Source of the DNA: an uncultured Chloroflexia bacterium
GTDB taxonomy: Bacteria; Chloroflexota; Chloroflexia; QHBQ01; JADMIH01
DNA length: 64,000 nt
NCBI GenBank assembly: GCA_963797095.1
Contig: CAWCNY010000004.1
Span: 320,001 to 384,000 of the forward strand
Direction of reading: 5' to 3'
Both the position numbers and the translations under genes were made by a program. The notes beneath the pieces were generated by a model. That model ran no database searches. It was not told the origin of the DNA and saw only the letters and a list, made by a program, of their open reading frames with translations. This document shows, one piece after another, positions 59,521-64,000 of this stretch (within the stretch, counting starts at the first letter, position 1; every line of letters begins with the position of its first letter).

Positions 59521-60336
59521 ATGGCAACCACAGCAGTTACAATGCAGAGAAGCGGCTCAACAAGCGGATCGCTAAAGCGATTTCTACTTCTGTTGAACTC
59601 CAACCTTCTTATGTTCCTCCGCAACAGGGCGGCAACCTTCTGGATCATCGTCTTCCCCATAGGCTTGATGCTCGTACTCGGTGCGATGTACGGCAATGAA
59701 AAGTTCGATCCCACAGACCCCAACTCCCTGACCGCCATCAGCTTTATCACACCCGGCCTTATAGTACTCAGCTTGATGTCCAATGGCCTGGTTGGCAACG
59801 CTACCTCCATGGCCCAGCTTCGCGAGAAAGGAATTTTGCGCCGCATACAAACTACCCCCCTCCCAGTATCGCACCTGATCCTCTCACGCGTCCTGATGCA
59901 GACCATCATTATGGTCGGCCAGGCCGCCATCATGACCGCCACCAGCATCCTGGTTTTCACTGCACGCTATGACGTGGCCGGGCTAATCGAAGCCATTCCC
60001 TGGATAATCCTGGGAGCCATCCTCTTCATGGCTATCGGGCAGGCAGTGGCCGCCCTGGTCCGCAAGGTTGAGACCGTATCCGTCGTCTCTCAGGTTGTCA
60101 ACTTTCCTCTAATGTTCCTCGGCACCCTCTGGATACCCGCCAGCTCCATGCCCGACTGGCTGCAAGCTGTAAGCAAATTCCTCCCCAGCACAATGGTAGC
60201 CGACCTCGTAAGGACCCCCATGCTTGCAGCCATCCAGTATGAGCCAAGCATACCCCTCCTATTCGCCTTCCTGGGCATAATAGCCTACCTTGTAGCCGCA
60301 ATAGCCCTATCCACCCGCTACTTCAAGTGGAACTAA
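59521..60336 (+). CDS. ABC-2 type permease
   Basis: RN...FWIIVFP, REKGILRRI.TTP, six TMs, YFKW. Confidence 0.9.
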   Translation: MATTAVTMQRSGSTSGSLKRFLLLLNSNLLMFLRNRAATFWIIVFPIGLMLVLGAMYGNEKFDPTDPNSLTAISFITPGLIVLSLMSNGLVGNATSMAQLREKGILRRIQTTPLPVSHLILSRVLMQTIIMVGQAAIMTATSILVFTARYDVAGLIEAIPWIILGAILFMAIGQAVAALVRKVETVSVVSQVVNFPLMFLGTLWIPASSMPDWLQAVSKFLPSTMVADLVRTPMLAAIQYEPSIPLLFAFLGIIAYLVAAIALSTRYFKWN

Positions 60337-60364
60337 CCACAAACCAACAACACTTCCTGACCTC

Positions 60365-60725
60365 GTATGGGCACCCCTTGTGGGCAATGTTGTACCGTAA
60401 GAGATCAGCATAGAAATACCGATTGTAAGATGTACCCCTTGCAAGTACCCGATGGAATGCCACCCAAGCCAAGTCCCGAAGGGACGCAAGAGAGTAGCCC
60501 AGGGCGTAAGCCCTGTGGATCGCACAACCACCCAAAGCAAGTAGTCCCGTAGGGACGTAAGAGCATCTGGCATTGCATCATACAGGACTGCAGAGATCTT
60601 GTTCTTACGCCCCTTCTGGACCATGTTGGGATGGTCTACAAACAGGACACCAGTTAGCAGTGCCCGCACTTGGGCCACGTTCGTGGGTTTATGCGACCAC
60701 GCTGCCCCTAGTGGGTGCCCTGGCG
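60365..60725. repeat. Cluster of REP-like remnants
   Basis: GTCCCGAAGGGAC, AGCCCAGGGCGTAAGCCCTG, GTCCCGTAGGGAC hairpins and two related GCACCCCTTGTGGG / GCCCCTAGTGGGTGCCC units. Confidence 0.5.
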
Positions 60726-60955
60726 GAGAGGAATTGAGATATACGAGTAGTCCACCCCCAAAAGGAATGCCCCTGCCCCAAAACCACCCGAAATTACACC
60801 CCAAAATCTGTCCAGTTTTATCTCACCAATGCCCTATATTAAGTAGAGCCGAGTCCAACTACCGACCACGAATCAATCACCGGAAATCCAAAAAACCACA
60901 AACACACATACCATAGTAGACACCTAGCCACCCCAGTCCCCCAAGAATCCTCACA

Positions 60956-61023
60956 CTACCGGCTACCGGCTCCCGGCTCCCGGCTCCCGGCTACCGGCTA
61001 CCGGCTACCGGCTACCGGCTACC
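60956..61023. repeat. Heptamer tandem repeat CT(A/C)CCGG x~10
   Basis: Directly visible just upstream of TGcTATAAT and the kinase gene. Confidence 0.9.
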
Positions 61024-61050
61024 ACCATGCTATAATCAAAGGTAAAGACA

Positions 61051-62520
61051 ATGGACACCGACCCAACAAATACAAACGAAGTCTGCCTGCAAGACGAAGA
61101 CATGCCCTCCATAGTGAACACGATCCTCGTCTTCTTCTACGCGGTAGCATGGCTCGACCTGATAGTAATCTCCTATGGCGTTGTTAGCTTAGACCCCGCC
61201 GGAATCACCCGCTACATCCTTCCTCTTCTCTGCTACTGCCTGGTCCTCCTCACCTATCCGATCCTCAACTGGCGGCGCTTCCGTAGCGGTCGGGGCAAGC
61301 TGAGCGACCTTGTATGGGGCTACCGCTTCCAATCCCGCTACATTATTCTGTTCCTGCTGGCAAACTTCCTGGTAGTCGCCTGGCTCAGTGCGCTCAACGA
61401 GAACTTCGTCAACCTCTACTTCATGATCTTCGGCATAACCGCCGGTATGCTCGGCAAACGCCGCGCCGTCTGGCCCGTGATTGTAGTCGAGCTAATCGCC
61501 TTCGGCATCCAGTCCGGCCTCTGGCAGGAATGGCAGCAAACCGGCTTCAATGTCTTCACGCCCGACGCGGGCGGCTTTATCCTCGGCCTGGTCATCTTCG
61601 TCGCTTACGTGATCATGATCCAGGCCCTCATCTCCTCCCGCATCAAGAGCGAAGCTCTCGTGCTGCAACTAACCGCCACCCAGAAGCGCCTTGAAGAGGC
61701 CCTGCCCAGGGAAAAAGAGGTAGCAGTCCTCCGCGAGCGCGACCGCATGGCTCGCGAGATGCACGACGTGCTTGGCCACGCCCTTGTCCTCATAGCGGTC
61801 AAGATCGAGGCTGCCCAGCGCCTGCAAGTCGTAGATCCGGCGCGCTCCGCCGCCGAGCTTGAGGCCACTAAAGAACTTGTCCGCCAGAGCATGTCCGACC
61901 TCCGCGCTTCCCTGGCCGACCTGCGCGGCCCCGATTTCGATGCGGGCAGTAAGCCCCTCAGTCAGTCGCTTAAAGAGTGGGCCAACCGTACCGCCGCTGA
62001 GGGCAAGTTCGCGATCAGCGTCAATCTCGAACCCGAAGCAAACGCCTTTCCTGTGCCCGTCCAGGATGCTCTCTGGCGCGTCGGGCGCGAGGCCGTCCTC
62101 AACGTAGTAAAACATGCTCGCGCTCACCACGCGGAAATCAACGTCTTCACCAAAGATGGCAGTGCAATCCTCACCGTCAGAGACGACGGCGAAGGCATCC
62201 CGCACCTTTCAGAGGGCCAGGCTCGCCTCGAAGTCGATGGGCACTACGGTATGCGTGGTATGCGTGAGCGCGTAGAGGCCCTGGGAGGCCGCCTGACAAT
62301 CAGGCCGGGCCGCGACGACCAGGGCACGCTGGTGATGGTCGCCATACCCCTGCCACCGATACCATCCTCGTCCCCCGGCAAGCCTCAAGGCTCCACGCTC
62401 CCCGGCACCTCAGTAACCGTCGGAGCTACCTCCTCAACCAAAGGCACAACCTTGTTATCGTCGCTGACCAACGGCCCTCGAGCAAAGCCCAAACGCGTGC
62501 CATCCAAGAAGGAACAGTAA
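61051..62520 (+). CDS. Membrane sensor histidine kinase (HisKA_3, NarX/DesK type)
   Basis: ~5 TMs, ERDRMAREMHDVLGH, EAVLNVVKHA, DDGEG, G.RGMRERV..LGG. Confidence 0.95.
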   Translation: MDTDPTNTNEVCLQDEDMPSIVNTILVFFYAVAWLDLIVISYGVVSLDPAGITRYILPLLCYCLVLLTYPILNWRRFRSGRGKLSDLVWGYRFQSRYIILFLLANFLVVAWLSALNENFVNLYFMIFGITAGMLGKRRAVWPVIVVELIAFGIQSGLWQEWQQTGFNVFTPDAGGFILGLVIFVAYVIMIQALISSRIKSEALVLQLTATQKRLEEALPREKEVAVLRERDRMAREMHDVLGHALVLIAVKIEAAQRLQVVDPARSAAELEATKELVRQSMSDLRASLADLRGPDFDAGSKPLSQSLKEWANRTAAEGKFAISVNLEPEANAFPVPVQDALWRVGREAVLNVVKHARAHHAEINVFTKDGSAILTVRDDGEGIPHLSEGQARLEVDGHYGMRGMRERVEALGGRLTIRPGRDDQGTLVMVAIPLPPIPSSSPGKPQGSTLPGTSVTVGATSSTKGTTLLSSLTNGPRAKPKRVPSKKEQ

Positions 62521-63173
62521 TGGCGAGTACCAATATCAGGCTCCTCATATGCGAAGACCAGACCCTCATGCGCCAGGGTCTTGTGACCATCCTTGGCCTT
62601 GAGCCTGGCATAGAGGTAGTGGGGCAGGCAGGCAACGGCCAGGAAGCCCTCGATCAGGTCGCGGCCCTCAAGCCCGATATCGTCCTCATGGATGTGCAGA
62701 TGCCAGTCATGGACGGCGTAGAGGCCACCCGCCAGATCACAAGTCGCTACCCCGACACGCGCGTGATCATCCTGACCACTTTCGACTACGAGGAATACGT
62801 CTTCGAGGGCGTGAAGGCCGGCGCAATGGGCTATCTACTTAAAGACACTCCCGCGCCTGAGCTAATAAGCACCATCAGGCGCGTCCACGCAGGCGAGCGT
62901 TTCATCCAGCCCGCCGTAGCCAGCAAGATCCTCTTCGAGTTCGCCAGGACCACTGGACCCGAAGGACAATCCGGCGACTACGACCCCCTGAGCGAGCGCG
63001 AAATCGAGATAACAGGCAGGCTCGCCCAGGGTATGAGCAACCGCGAAATCGCCGATGACCTCGCCCTGGCCGAAGGCACGGTCAAGAACTACGTTTCCGC
63101 GATCCTGTCAAAGCTACACGCGGCTAACCGTGTGCAAGCCATCAACACCGCCCGCCGCCACAACATTATCTAG
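62520..63173 (+). CDS. NarL/LuxR-family response regulator
   Basis: CEDQ, PDIVLMDVQMP.MDG, LTTF, GYLLKD, LSERE...G.SNREIA..L.LAEGTVKNY. Confidence 0.96.
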   Translation: MASTNIRLLICEDQTLMRQGLVTILGLEPGIEVVGQAGNGQEALDQVAALKPDIVLMDVQMPVMDGVEATRQITSRYPDTRVIILTTFDYEEYVFEGVKAGAMGYLLKDTPAPELISTIRRVHAGERFIQPAVASKILFEFARTTGPEGQSGDYDPLSEREIEITGRLAQGMSNREIADDLALAEGTVKNYVSAILSKLHAANRVQAINTARRHNII

Positions 63174-63183
63174 CCGCTGAGAA

Positions 63184-63726
63184 GTGGAAAGCATAGCCTG
63201 GATCCTGATCGCATTTCTCCTTGTCGGAGTAGCCCTTGTCGCACTAATCATGTCGGTCCGTTTGCGCGGCGCAAGTGGCCTCCCCGAAGGCGAGGTCATC
63301 TCGTCAGATGTCAGTGTACAAACAAAAGGAAAACCCTTATACTCGGCCCGCTATGGTCTGACCGGCACCCCCGACTACCTGACCAGCACATCCGATGGTC
63401 TGGTGCCGGTAGAGATCAAGCCCACCCGCAAAGAGGAGGAACCTCGCCAATCACACCTGTTGCAGGTGCTCGCCTACTGTCTGCTGGTCGAGGAAACCGG
63501 TGGTCGTAAGCCACCCTACGGCCTGTTGCGCTACAGTTCCTCCACCTTTCGGGTAGATTACAACGACGCCACACGAGCACACCTACTCGAAGTGATGGAT
63601 ACCATGCGCCGCACCGCCGAGCTGGAAGAGTGGCAGATCGAGCGCAATCATGAAGTGCCAGGTCGCTGCCGCGCCTGCGGCTACAAACAAATCTGCGATC
63701 AATCTCTCTGGCCGGAGGAAAGATAA
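63184..63726 (+). CDS. Cas4-like PD-(D/E)XK nuclease with N-terminal membrane anchor, not CRISPR-linked in this window
   Basis: TM IAWILIAFLLVGVALVALI; GTPDY...PVEIK...QVLAY; C-terminal CRACGYKQIC. Confidence 0.8.
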   Translation: MESIAWILIAFLLVGVALVALIMSVRLRGASGLPEGEVISSDVSVQTKGKPLYSARYGLTGTPDYLTSTSDGLVPVEIKPTRKEEEPRQSHLLQVLAYCLLVEETGGRKPPYGLLRYSSSTFRVDYNDATRAHLLEVMDTMRRTAELEEWQIERNHEVPGRCRACGYKQICDQSLWPEER

Positions 63727-63971
63727 CCCACAAGCGTGCCGATGGTTTGCAGGCTATCGAGGTTGAGGTCCTCGGCGGCGATATCAACTCCAAACTCCTG
63801 CTCGATCCCGGCAAGCAGTTCCAGCCCGGTAAGCGAGTCGAGCGACAGACCCTTACCGAAGAGAGGCGTATCATCAGGCAGCCCCGTCGCCTGGTCCCGC
63901 GGCATCTCAAGCACGAGGGCAAGCAATTCGCGCACTCTGGCGCTAACCTGGCTATGCTTACGCTGCATCAC
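63699..63971 (-). CDS. Acyl/peptidyl carrier protein
   Basis: DDTPLF..GLSLDSL phosphopantetheine site, IEQEFGVDI, TIGTLVGY. Confidence 0.88.
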   Translation of the reverse strand: MMQRKHSQVSARVRELLALVLEMPRDQATGLPDDTPLFGKGLSLDSLTGLELLAGIEQEFGVDIAAEDLNLDSLQTIGTLVGYLSSGQRD

Positions 63972-64000
63972 TCATTCACGCGCACGAATACGCCTGTGCC

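Noticed and set aside
1-64000. tRNA or rRNA genes
   Set aside because: No cloverleaf or rRNA signatures recognised by eye; a covariance-model scan would be needed to exclude small RNAs.

Overview
GC-rich bacterial DNA, most likely Chloroflexota (inferred from the Cys-containing SLH protein, PT-rich membrane proteins, Ycf45-like AAA-R3H protein and DarA). The left ~24.5 kb is one minus-strand contractile injection system (eCIS/Afp-PVC-like) locus. It holds a SARP activator with three 11-bp-spaced heptamer boxes, Pvc16, sheath, two tubes, a tail chaperone plus DUF6760 joined by a possible -1 frameshift, a DUF4157 protein, a 1076-aa disordered protein, LysM-tube initiator, VgrG, gp25, two baseplate proteins, a fibre-like/DUF4159 fusion and an AAA ATPase. 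No PAAR or lysis gene is visible in the window. The most striking accessory feature is three paralogous single-pass membrane proteins with a shared, apparently cytoplasmic tandem beta-sandwich module and different outer domains, which may dock or trigger the CIS at the membrane. The DUF4157 protein and the 1076-aa protein share a C-terminal motif. The rest carries TetR-MMPL with twin palindromic operators, a TrpA-like protein lacking catalytic residues, ABC transporters, GT-C glycosyltransferases, a cystathionine lyase, and an ORF-less group II intron whose EBS1/EBS2 match its insertion site. Also present are pdxR-pdxS-pdxT, darA, rsgA, pckA, a two-component system, a membrane-anchored Cas4-like nuclease without CRISPR, and an acyl carrier protein. 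Heptamer tandem repeats and REP-like hairpins fill many intergenic gaps. All family assignments come from motif recognition by eye; no searches were run.
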